Assembly: GCA_032718475.1 (NCBI GenBank)
Contig: JAUCBJ010007108.1
Location: 21,406-85,405 of the forward strand
Length of the DNA: 64,000 nt
Reading direction: 5' to 3'
From: Nemertoderma westbladi
Lineage: Eukaryota; Animalia; Xenacoelomorpha
Each line of letters starts with the position of its first letter. Position 1 is the first letter of the stretch. The notes beneath the pieces were generated by a model. The model was not told the DNA's origin. It worked only from the letters and a program-made list of their open reading frames with translations, and searched no databases. The translations under genes and the position numbers were made by a program. Shown one piece after another: positions 9,955 through 20,203 of this stretch.

Positions 9955-11675
9955 TCAGGAGAGTTCTCTGTCTCTTTCCAGTAAACATAAACGTCCCACT
10001 GGGCGATTGAGCTGCTGCGTCTCGAAGACAATTCCCGGTTTCTTGAAGTTACGTCGCATGACGACGAGTTCTACCGATCGCACCAAACCGTCATCCGAGA
10101 TGTGCGTCTCGATTATACGACCTGTCTGCCACCGCTTACGTGGAAGATCCACATCCACAATAAGCACCATGTCTCCAGCGCTGACGTTTTCTTGCTGCGC
10201 AAACCACTTAGTTCGAAGTTGTAGCGTGGGCAGATAATGTTTTTCGAAATGGTCAGCGAAACGACGGGATAACAACTGCATGAGTTGCCAAGTTTGTAGA
10301 CAGTATTCGTCTCCGTCTGTGATTTCCGATTGTGGGAGCATGGCTACAGGTTTCTTCAGTAGGAAGTGCGCGGGTGTTAGCGCTTCCAGGGAATCGGGAC
10401 TCGATGAGACTGGCATAAGCGGTCTCTCGTTGAGATAGGCGGCGATTTCTTCCATTAACGTCCGCAAAAGTTCGTCGGTGAGATAAGCGCGGCAAGGCAC
10501 TATAAAATGAAATGCTGTCTTCACACTTCTTATTAATCTCTCCCAACTTCCTCCCCACCAAGGGGCGTCGGCGGCGTTGAAGGTCCAACTAGACGCTGTT
10601 ACTCGTAGTTGGTCGTCCACCTGTCTTTGGTTCCAATCTTTGACGTAAGCTTTGATTTCATTGTTGGCACCAATGAAGTTTGTTCCCTTATCAGATCTCA
10701 TCGTGTTACTAGTGCCAAAGCGAGCGATCTGTCGTCGTAAGCTTAATAGAAAGCTGTTGGTAGATAAATCGTTCACCATATCGAGATGGATGGCTCTACA
10801 AGTCATACAAACAAAGATTACACACCATCTCTTGACTATAGTCCTAGCACGATATACTTCAATAGGGCCAAATAAATCCACACCGGTATTAGTAAAGGGT
10901 GGTTCATAAAAGCTTACTCATTCCCTAGGTAATTCTGCCTCTCGCTGTGTTAAAGGCCTACTGAATGCTTTCCTACAGGGTATACAGTTCCTAAGAACTT
11001 GGTTCAGAGCTCTACGGGGTTTATAAAAATAATAGCGAGTTCGAATTTCGCTAAGAACTCGTTCTCTACCAGCATGATAAAGCTTACTGTGAACATCTAC
11101 AATCATCTTGACTTGTATTTCAAGATTTCTAATGAGTATGGGGAACTTAGTATCAAAGGATAATGGGGCATTCGTTAACCTTCCTCCAACACGTATCAAC
11201 CCATCTATCATTGTGCTAGAGAAACGATCCCTTAAGCGCATCTGTGGATTTCTCAACAACAGGAAATACTTATCGGAATCTTCATAGCATTGTAAGAGTC
11301 TCAGCATCTGTTTGTTGGTTTCTTCATGCTCCTGATAACTGATCTTCTCCTTCAGAAACCTGTCGGGTATCTTATATGGGGGAAGATCTTTAATAACATG
11401 GACCTGCACTGATGTGATTGGAGCGGTATCACCCTTTGTTTTCATCCCAGAGTAGTGATGGTGAAAACATCTCTTTAAATATGTAACGGCCTTACAAAGC
11501 CGATTCCAGGAACTGTAGTGATGCATCGCTCTCTGCAGAAGAGGTGAGAGTCCTTGCGAGACGTCTGGTATGCCAGATTTCCAATCTTTATCACGGATTT
11601 CCACAATGGGTTTATTTGTGGCTGTGGGTTTCTGATCCAAAGCGTCGTCTCCGGAAGTATGTAGTACAGACAGAT
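9955..11675 (-). pseudogene. BEL/Pao integrase region (HHCC + DDE + DUF5641-like tail) with one nonsense codon
   Basis: VHSKLYHAG...CIPC; LPRE*VSFYEPPFTNTGVDLFGP (in-frame TGA at 10918-10920 where Arg is expected); SDKGTNF; WERLIRSVK; YLPTLQLRTKW...DGLVRSV. Joined to RT/RH by a frameshift at ~11680-11735. Confidence 0.92.
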
Positions 11676-14600
11676 CTACTGTGGGTTTGAATAACTTCGA
11701 TTTACTCGCCTGAGTTTTAGGCTTGACTTTGCCTGTCTAATTTCTGCTGTAGTAAGATGAGGAGGCCATTCTTCTTCTTCTTTGTAGAGGAAGTCGGGTC
11801 CACCTAACCAGTCTGGAGTATCTACCAGTTCTTGTGGAGTTGCTCCCCTGGAAGCGATGTCTGCTGGATTAATCGTTCCGGGGCAATGTCTCCATTGATC
11901 CATCGTCGTGCGACTGAGTATAATAGCTACTCTGTTGGTAACGAAGACACTGAACTGACAGACTTCATTGGTTATATACTCCAACACGAGTAAAGCGTCG
12001 GTCCAATAGACAGTTTTCTCCAGGGGATAGTCTATCTGTTCTGTTACATTCCGGCCGATGGCTGTAGCGTATAGAGCCGCTTTTAACTCCGCTCGAGGAA
12101 CTTTCAACTTGTTGTTTATCAATGCCTTAGAGGTAACCAAGGCGACTTTGATTCCGTCCGGAGTTTCCACCCTTAGGTAGGCTACTATACCGATTCCCAT
12201 ATCGCTGGCGTCTCCAAACACATGGAGTTGATATGAATACGTAGGGAGAACATGACCAAAATATGAACGGGAAATTATAAAGTTTTCGATGGCTGGTAGA
12301 GAATCTTCCCATTTCATCCACTTCTTTAATAATTCTCCCTTAAGTGGATCGTCCCATGAGTGGTTTTCAAGCCACATTTGTTGTACTAAACTCCGAGCAA
12401 TCAATATAACTGGGCTAATAAATCCCAATGGATCGAAATAAGTGCTCAGGATACTTAAACAAATCCGTTTAGTCCGAACTGGATTATCTCGCTGTTTTAA
12501 TTGGAAAAACAGGATATCTCTTTCTGTGTCCCATTTCAAACCAAGGGTCTTAGTTTCTGGGAGATCATCCTTTATTAGATCTAGGTCTTTTGTTCCTCGA
12601 TCTTCTACCGGGATCGACTCCAGAAACTCACGGGAGTTGCTAGTGAATTTAGTTAATCGAAATCCTCCTTTCTTTAAGCATTCTACCGTTCCTTTAGCGA
12701 CCTCAATGGCTTCTTCGACTGATGGAAGGGACTTCAGATTATCGTCCATGTAGATGTCTCGTTTGATATTGTCGATCACTTCTTTAGAGAAGGCGCCTCG
12801 GTTGTCATCCGCAGTGGTGCGCACCACGGAACAGGCGTTTGAAGGGCTCGAGATTATACCAAAGGCTTGGATGGTCATCCAGTACTCAACAGGTTTCTTA
12901 TTGAGGTCTCCTTCAGGCCACCACAAAAATCGTAGGCTATCTCGATCCCTATCCAGCGCTTTGACTTGTAAGAACATGCCTTCTATATCTGAGGCGAAAG
13001 CAATGGAGTATTGTCTTAATCTTAATAGTATTCCCAACAAGGATTGGAGTAAGTTGGGTCCGGGTAACAATTCAGAATTAAGAGATTGACCCATATAAAG
13101 GGCGGAACCGTCAAACACCACTCGTACTTCATGGGGTTTACCGGGTTTGGGAATGTAATGGTGAGTTAAGTAATACGTTCTCTCAGTTATAGGGGTTTCT
13201 TCCGGTACTAGCTCCGCATATCCCTTGCTAATAAACTTCTTCAACTGTGTTTGATACATTTCTTTAGCTGAAGAATTTGCCGTAAGGCGTCGATGTAGTT
13301 GAGCAATTCTTTTCTCTGCCAAAGGTCTGTTGTTAATGAACTTTGGTTCTCGCTTTCGGAAAGGAAGACCGATCTCATATCTACCTTGATCTTTAAGAAA
13401 ACGAGTAGTTGTCGCTTGGATCTGCTTGGCTCTTTCTTCCTCCACTGATAGGGCCTTATCGTAGGAGTTGGGCTCTACAACCTCTTGAGTAAAGAATCTT
13501 ACGGCGTGTTCATCCCGAGTCTTGGCATTATAACGTTCAATGACGTCATTAAGCTCGTCGTTATAGTCGTCTCGCTCGGATGGGAGAAGTAGTTGGCATA
13601 AGTTCACTTGATTTTGCCAAGTCTCGCTTTCCTTAAGGAGATCGATGGCATTCTCCTCATCGAAGAGTTGATGTATATCGTCGTTGTCTGAGGAGTATGG
13701 AGTTCCCTCAGTTGGATCGTCGAACTCACTGTTCTCAACTTCCCATTCTCGCACTTGATATACCTGATCTTTAGGTAATCTTTCCATGAGAGTTCTACGG
13801 GAAGGGCCAGTAAAGTACCAACCTACTCTAGTTCTTACCGCATAGGTTTGTAGTGGCTGCGGTTGAGCAGGCCGTTTCTCCAATGTCTCGAGCGCCTCAT
13901 GCGCGTTTTGGCCGATGAGTATTTGTACTCCAGGATAATCAGTCTGGAATCGAGGTATCTTAAGATGTTGGATGCTCTCATCCTCGTCCCAATTATAAAG
14001 GTCTGCTTGAGTAGTAGCGAAGTTCTTTATAGCCACCATTTTCACTGACCTTATACTATGTTCTCCTAGTTCGTCCTGGGGGGTGGACAACGCACCTACA
14101 TAATAATCCGCTGTTACTGTAGATTTCCAAACCTGCATAATTCCTGACATGTTTAGCTTAGTTCGGAACTTGGGTTGTCCAGCGAATATGTCTTCGGCTA
14201 GCTCTTTGTCGATGAATGTTCCTGTACTACCGGAGTCAAGGAGGGCGTTCACTAGATAACTCCTTTTTGGTCCGTGGACCCTTACCTGTACCACAGGAAA
14301 TTCTCTAATCCCTACATTGGAAGTTGGCGCTTTCCAAGATGGTTGTCGATCAGAAGTAGTTAGAGCGAGGTCAATGTCTGTATCTTTTTCATAAATGAGT
14401 GCTCGATACACTGTGGTATTTATCATGTAACAGGATTCGTTTTCGTCGGAGAACTCGTCCGTATAGAATCCTTCCATCTCAGATTGATCAGTGTCGTTCA
14501 CATCACTGAATTGGACATGTAGTTCGGAATCACTTACCTGACTCGGACTATTTCGCTCAAATTCAGTGTGCAACAAGATATGATGTTTCGCACCGCACTT

Positions 14601-16157
14601 GGCACATCTTGTGTCAGAGTAACAGGTTCGCCGTTGGTGTCCATGTCTGAGGCAATTATAACACAACCGCTTATCCCACATGACTTCACGTCTCTCAGTT
14701 AATGATTTCTTTAGAAATTCATCACACATATTTAAGCGATGGGTCCCATCACATAGCGCACATTTCGGTTTGATGTTACTTACCTTACTCTGAGTAATAT
14801 TGTGTACACTTGTCTTTTCTTCTGGCTTTCTCACCTGAATTCTCTTGGGAGACGTAGGAGGAGTTTTTCTTACCTGTTCTCTCCTGTCATTGGTTCGAGA
14901 CTTGAATTTACTTACCTGATCTTTAGGCATTTTATTGACATAATAAGATCTGTCAGTGTCTTTCCCGCTATCCTCTCCTTGAGAAGTCTGGCTTTCGCCG
15001 TCGTCTGTATAACACACTGGTGTTACCTTTCTCCTAGAGACGGGTTTTTCACTTACCTTGTTTTCCGGTGTCTTCTCTCTGGACAGTTTCAGGAGCTGTA
15101 ATTTCACTTCTCCATCTAGGAATGACATGAGATCAGCCATGGTAGGGTCTCGTCGTTGTTGTTCCATCATATATAACACTTTCTTATCCCAGCGTGTACC
15201 TACTCCACCCTTCGGTAAAGTAGAAGCCACTGCTCTAATAACCATAGCACTCTGATACTCATGAGACTTACCTAGCCAATCTAATTGTCTGCAGATCTCC
15301 TGAATCTCATCGGAAAACTCTATAATTCCGCTGCTAATAAACTTTCGGGGCGCTACTAACTTTGCATACAAATACCCAGCTATGTTATTCCTATTACCAT
15401 ACCTGATGTTTAGTGTATCCCAAACTTGTCTTAATCCGTCTGGATGTCCAATAAACTTTAACGCCATTAACTTGGGAGATCCTTCCAAGCACTCGATGAG
15501 GAATCTAAGTTTCTCTCCATTAGAAAGTACAGAGTTCTGTATGTTATCTTTGTAATATTCATTAAAAGGTAACCATTTCATCTCATCTCCATTGAACTTG
15601 ACGATCTCTCCCACCTTTACCGCTTGCCGGGCTTCGGTTCTAGCCATTTGACGCGTAAAACTTTCTTGGGCCATCGTGTTATTTAATATCGAGTTATCGG
15701 TATATAAATTTCTCGGATTATGATCCGTTCTATAGGGAATATCATTATCAACAGGTCTATAATTACCCTTAATAGGGTTCACTATAGGAGTTTCTACCTC
15801 GCTAGCAGTATAGATGCGTGTAGGCTCCACACCTTGCGCATGAGATACTTCAGACCTAACAGGTTGACACATTGTTACAGGGGGTGGTGATATACCCCTT
15901 TGTGTATTTACTAATTTATCGCGTTCTAGCGCGATACTTTGCTGCACTTCTTGCAACTCTAACCTACTTTCCCTTACTGTGCCCTTGAATTGCTGAACAG
16001 TCTCCTGCATCTGTCCGAGCAGGAGATCCATCCCCCGTCGTCTCTCATCCACCCATTCGACCGCCGAAGCGGGATTCGCCAACGTTGTAGCGGGAGGACG
16101 AGGGACAACGGGCGACAAATCTTGAATATTTCGCTGTTGTGCTGTTCTGCTGGGCAC
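11676..16157 (-). CDS. BEL/Pao Gag-protease-RT-RNase H polyprotein (1493 aa)
   Basis: KFNGDEMKWLPF...EKLRFL (DUF1759-like); CALCDGTHRLNMC, CYNCLRHGHQRRTC, CAKCGAKHH; protease LLDSGS; RT SDIEGMFLQV...YMDD; RNase H LHVFGDAS...PRAEL...YWTD...NPADIASRG. Confidence 0.95.
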   Translation of the reverse strand: MPSRTAQQRNIQDLSPVVPRPPATTLANPASAVEWVDERRRGMDLLLGQMQETVQQFKGTVRESRLELQEVQQSIALERDKLVNTQRGISPPPVTMCQPVRSEVSHAQGVEPTRIYTASEVETPIVNPIKGNYRPVDNDIPYRTDHNPRNLYTDNSILNNTMAQESFTRQMARTEARQAVKVGEIVKFNGDEMKWLPFNEYYKDNIQNSVLSNGEKLRFLIECLEGSPKLMALKFIGHPDGLRQVWDTLNIRYGNRNNIAGYLYAKLVAPRKFISSGIIEFSDEIQEICRQLDWLGKSHEYQSAMVIRAVASTLPKGGVGTRWDKKVLYMMEQQRRDPTMADLMSFLDGEVKLQLLKLSREKTPENKVSEKPVSRRKVTPVCYTDDGESQTSQGEDSGKDTDRSYYVNKMPKDQVSKFKSRTNDRREQVRKTPPTSPKRIQVRKPEEKTSVHNITQSKVSNIKPKCALCDGTHRLNMCDEFLKKSLTERREVMWDKRLCYNCLRHGHQRRTCYSDTRCAKCGAKHHILLHTEFERNSPSQVSDSELHVQFSDVNDTDQSEMEGFYTDEFSDENESCYMINTTVYRALIYEKDTDIDLALTTSDRQPSWKAPTSNVGIREFPVVQVRVHGPKRSYLVNALLDSGSTGTFIDKELAEDIFAGQPKFRTKLNMSGIMQVWKSTVTADYYVGALSTPQDELGEHSIRSVKMVAIKNFATTQADLYNWDEDESIQHLKIPRFQTDYPGVQILIGQNAHEALETLEKRPAQPQPLQTYAVRTRVGWYFTGPSRRTLMERLPKDQVYQVREWEVENSEFDDPTEGTPYSSDNDDIHQLFDEENAIDLLKESETWQNQVNLCQLLLPSERDDYNDELNDVIERYNAKTRDEHAVRFFTQEVVEPNSYDKALSVEEERAKQIQATTTRFLKDQGRYEIGLPFRKREPKFINNRPLAEKRIAQLHRRLTANSSAKEMYQTQLKKFISKGYAELVPEETPITERTYYLTHHYIPKPGKPHEVRVVFDGSALYMGQSLNSELLPGPNLLQSLLGILLRLRQYSIAFASDIEGMFLQVKALDRDRDSLRFLWWPEGDLNKKPVEYWMTIQAFGIISSPSNACSVVRTTADDNRGAFSKEVIDNIKRDIYMDDNLKSLPSVEEAIEVAKGTVECLKKGGFRLTKFTSNSREFLESIPVEDRGTKDLDLIKDDLPETKTLGLKWDTERDILFFQLKQRDNPVRTKRICLSILSTYFDPLGFISPVILIARSLVQQMWLENHSWDDPLKGELLKKWMKWEDSLPAIENFIISRSYFGHVLPTYSYQLHVFGDASDMGIGIVAYLRVETPDGIKVALVTSKALINNKLKVPRAELKAALYATAIGRNVTEQIDYPLEKTVYWTDALLVLEYITNEVCQFSVFVTNRVAIILSRTTMDQWRHCPGTINPADIASRGATPQELVDTPDWLGGPDFLYKEEEEWPPHLTTAEIRQAKSSLKLRRVNRSYSNPQ

Positions 16158-18022
16158 AGGTAGCTTGGACTGTGCAATGGGAATTTAGAGGTAGGTTCAG
16201 GGAGTACAGGTGTCTCTACCACCGAAAGGGTGGCTTCGGGAACAGGCCTAATTATTTCAGGCTCATCTACTATAGTAGGGAGTCTTTCTATTGTAATTAT
16301 TTGGTCTGTGGGTTCTGTACTACCTACGTTGGTGTTATTTAGTTGCCTTCTAACAGCTGGGGGCAAATCAGGCAATTTCTGACGGTGGGCCATTCTTTTA
16401 CGTCTGCTTAGGCGAGATCGATTTCCTCCGCCTTCAGTGTCGGTGGTATCGCCTTCCTCAGATGATGTATAACCTTGTCTTTTGGGAGTAGATCGATTCA
16501 TCATCTGCATATTACTAGCTGTTAACTGTTTATTAAAGTTGTCTTGTCTCTCTTGAAGATTTTCCAACTCTAGTTGGGTTGTCTCTTCAGATGCCCTCCG
16601 TTCTGCTTCTGCCACTGCTATTTTTCTTTCCGCTTCGGCCGCCTTTCTTTCCGCTTCTGCTGCTGCCACTTTTCTTTCCGCTTCGGCCGCCTTTCTTTCG
16701 GCTTCTACTGCTGCAGCTGCCGCTTTTGCCTCTGCCGCTGCCACTTTTGCCTCTGCCGCTGCCTCTGCCGCTTTTCTATCCACTTCTGCCGCTTTTCGTT
16801 CCGCTTCTGCCGCTGCCACTGCCGCTGCTGCTGTCTTTCTATCTTCTATACGTTTTTTCTTTACTTGTTCTTCTTGAACCTTAGCGATGCGGATGCTTTC
16901 ATTGAATTTAGCTTGGTTCGCAGCTAACCTATCCACATCGATTGTGTCCAACACACTCTGGGCTCCTTCACTATTAGGGCTAAGTCCATCTAACCTTCTC
17001 CTCAACTCTTCATCACCTAAAAAACGTTGATAGTCTGACAGATAGATGTCAATGGCATCCCTCTTATGCGGCTTCTCTGCCGTCGCTTCACTTTCCACTT
17101 GGGAAAAAGTAGCGTCTGTTGATTCTCCATGGGTTGAGCGCTCCTCCAGCTGAGCTTTCCACTGAGCCGTTCCTTGAACCTGGAGACTCACCCGTTGAAA
17201 CCAAGTCTTTACGGCAACTTGCAACGACGTGTCTTGTCTTCTTTTAGAAGCCTCCTCAAAGGCCGATAAGATTAGCCTAATTCGCAGAATTCTTTCTCTA
17301 ACTTGATAAAGCAGTTGTCCCTGCTCTTGAGGTCCTTGAGGTTGTTGAAACAGTTGTTCTTTTACTCGCTCCATAGAGTTGAAGAATCCCTGGGCGTATC
17401 CGGCTGCGGACCTCTTCCATACAGCTGGATCGATGGTTTCCTTGGCTACTCCCATCCGGTGTATGTCTTCCCAGGCAGCTTCTGATAAATCAAACGGGAG
17501 TCCGGGTCCGGGGAAGTTCCATTGCGACTCGACCATAGACTTCAGTTCTTCCCTTGTGTATCCCTCATAACTATCTTTAGTTGATCGCTTACTTCTCGCC
17601 CAATCGATCTGGTGTTCTTCCACCGCAATCAATAACCTAGTGAGTACGGCTGCAGGAAGGATGAGAAGGGGATCCGAATAAACTGCATCCGTCATCCTTG
17701 CTTCGCGCTTGGGTGTCAGCTCTACAGTATCCTCACTACTGGAGCTGTCGGGCCGCTGAGAAATAAGTTCTTGGCTCGCGGGTTGTTGCTGTTCCGCTGC
17801 TTCTTGGTCCCGCTTGACCTGGGCTCGAGTGCCTATGATAGACCTATGATGTTGGACCAGCCTCGGTTCTGTTATTACTACTGGAGGGATGACTTTCCTA
17901 ACAGTGGGAGGTGAACTGAACTTAGGTGTAGACGGTTCTACACCCTTATCTGAGTCGCAGATAGTTACATCTAATAAACTGTCTGACATGTTCTGCTTAG
18001 TATCAGACATGTTTGTTTGCAC
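15974..18022 (-). CDS. Upstream Gag extension (682 aa) with Ala/Glu/Lys coiled-coil repeats, overlapping gag-pol in another frame
   Basis: Long ORF inside the element with AAEAERK repeats. The gag-pol frame (-1) opens after a TAA at ~16187, so the two frames overlap by ~200 nt. Confidence 0.7.
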   Translation of the reverse strand: MQTNMSDTKQNMSDSLLDVTICDSDKGVEPSTPKFSSPPTVRKVIPPVVITEPRLVQHHRSIIGTRAQVKRDQEAAEQQQPASQELISQRPDSSSSEDTVELTPKREARMTDAVYSDPLLILPAAVLTRLLIAVEEHQIDWARSKRSTKDSYEGYTREELKSMVESQWNFPGPGLPFDLSEAAWEDIHRMGVAKETIDPAVWKRSAAGYAQGFFNSMERVKEQLFQQPQGPQEQGQLLYQVRERILRIRLILSAFEEASKRRQDTSLQVAVKTWFQRVSLQVQGTAQWKAQLEERSTHGESTDATFSQVESEATAEKPHKRDAIDIYLSDYQRFLGDEELRRRLDGLSPNSEGAQSVLDTIDVDRLAANQAKFNESIRIAKVQEEQVKKKRIEDRKTAAAAVAAAEAERKAAEVDRKAAEAAAEAKVAAAEAKAAAAAVEAERKAAEAERKVAAAEAERKAAEAERKIAVAEAERRASEETTQLELENLQERQDNFNKQLTASNMQMMNRSTPKRQGYTSSEEGDTTDTEGGGNRSRLSRRKRMAHRQKLPDLPPAVRRQLNNTNVGSTEPTDQIITIERLPTIVDEPEIIRPVPEATLSVVETPVLPEPTSKFPLHSPSYLCPAEQHNSEIFKICRPLSLVLPLQRWRIPLRRSNGWMRDDGGWISCSDRCRRLFSNSRAQ

Positions 18023-20203
18023 AGTTGAATGCCTACTGCTATATTACAGTCCAAGCAAGTCTAGTAATTCAGTATTAACTGCTAGCCTAGTAATTAATTA
18101 CCGATACTGCTACTCAGTGTAGCGTGATATATATAATATTAGAATACCGGTATGCTTATGGTATATATAAGTATTATTACAGACTAGGTTTTTCACAGAA
18201 ACCGGTATATAATTTTAGCACAAATATATATAAATATATAATAGGCCTATCGTGGATACCGGTATGCAGTTTACACTTATAGTATATATAAGTATAATTA
18301 TTAACTAGAATTAATTACAGAATACCGGTATGATTTCAGCCTAAGTTTATGAAATAAATATAATAAGCCTATTGTAAATACCGGTATGTCAATTATTTTA
18401 GAATAATTGAATTTCTGAATTTTAAGGGTTACTTGGTTACTTTAACTTACTTTATTACCGTTATTTGAGCAGTAGTCCAACTGATATTGAGACCTAATTG
18501 TTATATGGCAGGCCTACTATTTATAAATCGTTTGAGTTGATTTATAATATATATATACCCGTTTAATGGGTTTTGTCAATGTTTGAAATAAATGTTATTA
18601 TTTCTGGGGGAGTCACTACACATAAGCAGTGCGCTCTCAGTGGAGCGCTACTTGTTAGACACTAAAACAAATAATTCTAATTTACCTAAGTTACTTAATA
18701 CTACAAATTACATACAATTCGGGTTGAGATTACAATCTCTAAATAAACACAAAATTTTAATGACAAATACACAAATACGAAATTTTTAGGGTAATTTTAC
18801 AAGAAGTCTACTAACCAGCCTAACAAAGGGTTAGAATATCTGGTTATTACAACGGACAGGTTACTACGGTATTTGAAAATAATAAGTAGTAGTAAATATA
18901 CTGCGCTGTCCAGATAGGAAAAATACCACCGCCTGACGACCTATAACCGTATCGCTATAGGTACTACGTTATGTATCACGGAGTGTCCCTACCTAGAAGT
19001 TAATTACCGCGGTCTACCAGAACCAACGTGCCTATTAACCACTTTACAACACAAATACACTGCCTACACACTAATTGCTTTCGGAAAGCACTGTACACTA
19101 AACCCTAAATTAGGTACAAGTACTTGTATAACAAATAATCAGTAGTTAAAAATACTTGAACAGCCAAAAGAACCACGGTATCTGCCGGAGTGACCAAAGC
19201 ACAAAATCTCCAGTCTTTACCTACGCCGAGCAGCCCTGATGTAGTACCGGGGTTAGTTTAACTATAACGGTATGTATAACAAACACAATTACTGTAGGAA
19301 TAAACTTGGGGAATGAATGTTGCGAATAATAGCATAAACTCTGAATAATAAATATTACGCTACGCGTACAAACTACTCAAACAAAATGCAGACCAAATAC
19401 TGACAGACTACTATCAAGCCTAAACAAACTACGGTATATGCAGACTCCGAAATGATTAGTTAGTATGCGTTCTAACCCAGTAGTACGACTTATTCTTTCA
19501 CAGGGGGTTTACCTCACAGCGCTTGAAGCCCCTACTTTCCTAACTTAGCACTTTATCGCACAGATGCTCTACACACACCGAAATTTCCTCAAACCCAACA
19601 ACAGCCAGACAACTATCCAGCCTACAAATTATCTAAATAAAATTATACGCTACCCGTACAGACTACACAAACAAAGTACAGAGCAAACGCTGGCGGACTC
19701 CTATCAAGCCTAAATAAACCACAGGACATGCAGTCTCCGAAATGGTTAAGTAGTATGCGTTCTAACCCAGTAGTACGACTTATTCTTTAGATGGGGGTTT
19801 ACCTTACAGCTATGGCTGCCCCTACTTCCTAACCGTTCTTTATCAGACATACACTCTACATGCACTGCAATCCGTTCAGACCTAATCAACAGTTAGCCAA
19901 CAGTCAAGCCTTCAAATTATCTGTACAATCTGAGCAGGCTTACACGCCTTCTGCTCAATACTGGCCTACAAATAAATAAAACTGACAGAAATAAGTAAGC
20001 TCCAAAAGAAACAAGGGGTGTACAGTCCCTAATCTCTTAAACAGCCTACCGGTATACAATACCACAATCGAATAATACTGTTGTACCTGTACTGTAAGTA
20101 AGTACCGGTCCGGATGATCAGGCAGTCAGGCCTACTGGTTACCGGTCGACCGGTACTTTCGACTAGATTGCTTACACCGCAATCCAGAAGCAATATCTGT
20201 TAT

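Noticed and set aside
11676-11740. Programmed frameshift between RNase H and integrase
   Set aside because: No canonical slippery heptamer, and this copy already has a nonsense codon in integrase; most likely a 1-bp indel or sequence error.
16574-16927. Cys/Arg/Phe- and Leu/Pro-rich plus-strand ORFs
   Set aside because: Antisense shadows of the AAEAERK coiled-coil repeat.
20166-20186. TGGATTGCGG... 16-17 nt inside the 5' LTR as a tRNA PBS
   Set aside because: Too far from the LTR end and I cannot match it to a eukaryotic tRNA 3' end; it forms a local hairpin. A tRNA scan would be needed to exclude it fully.
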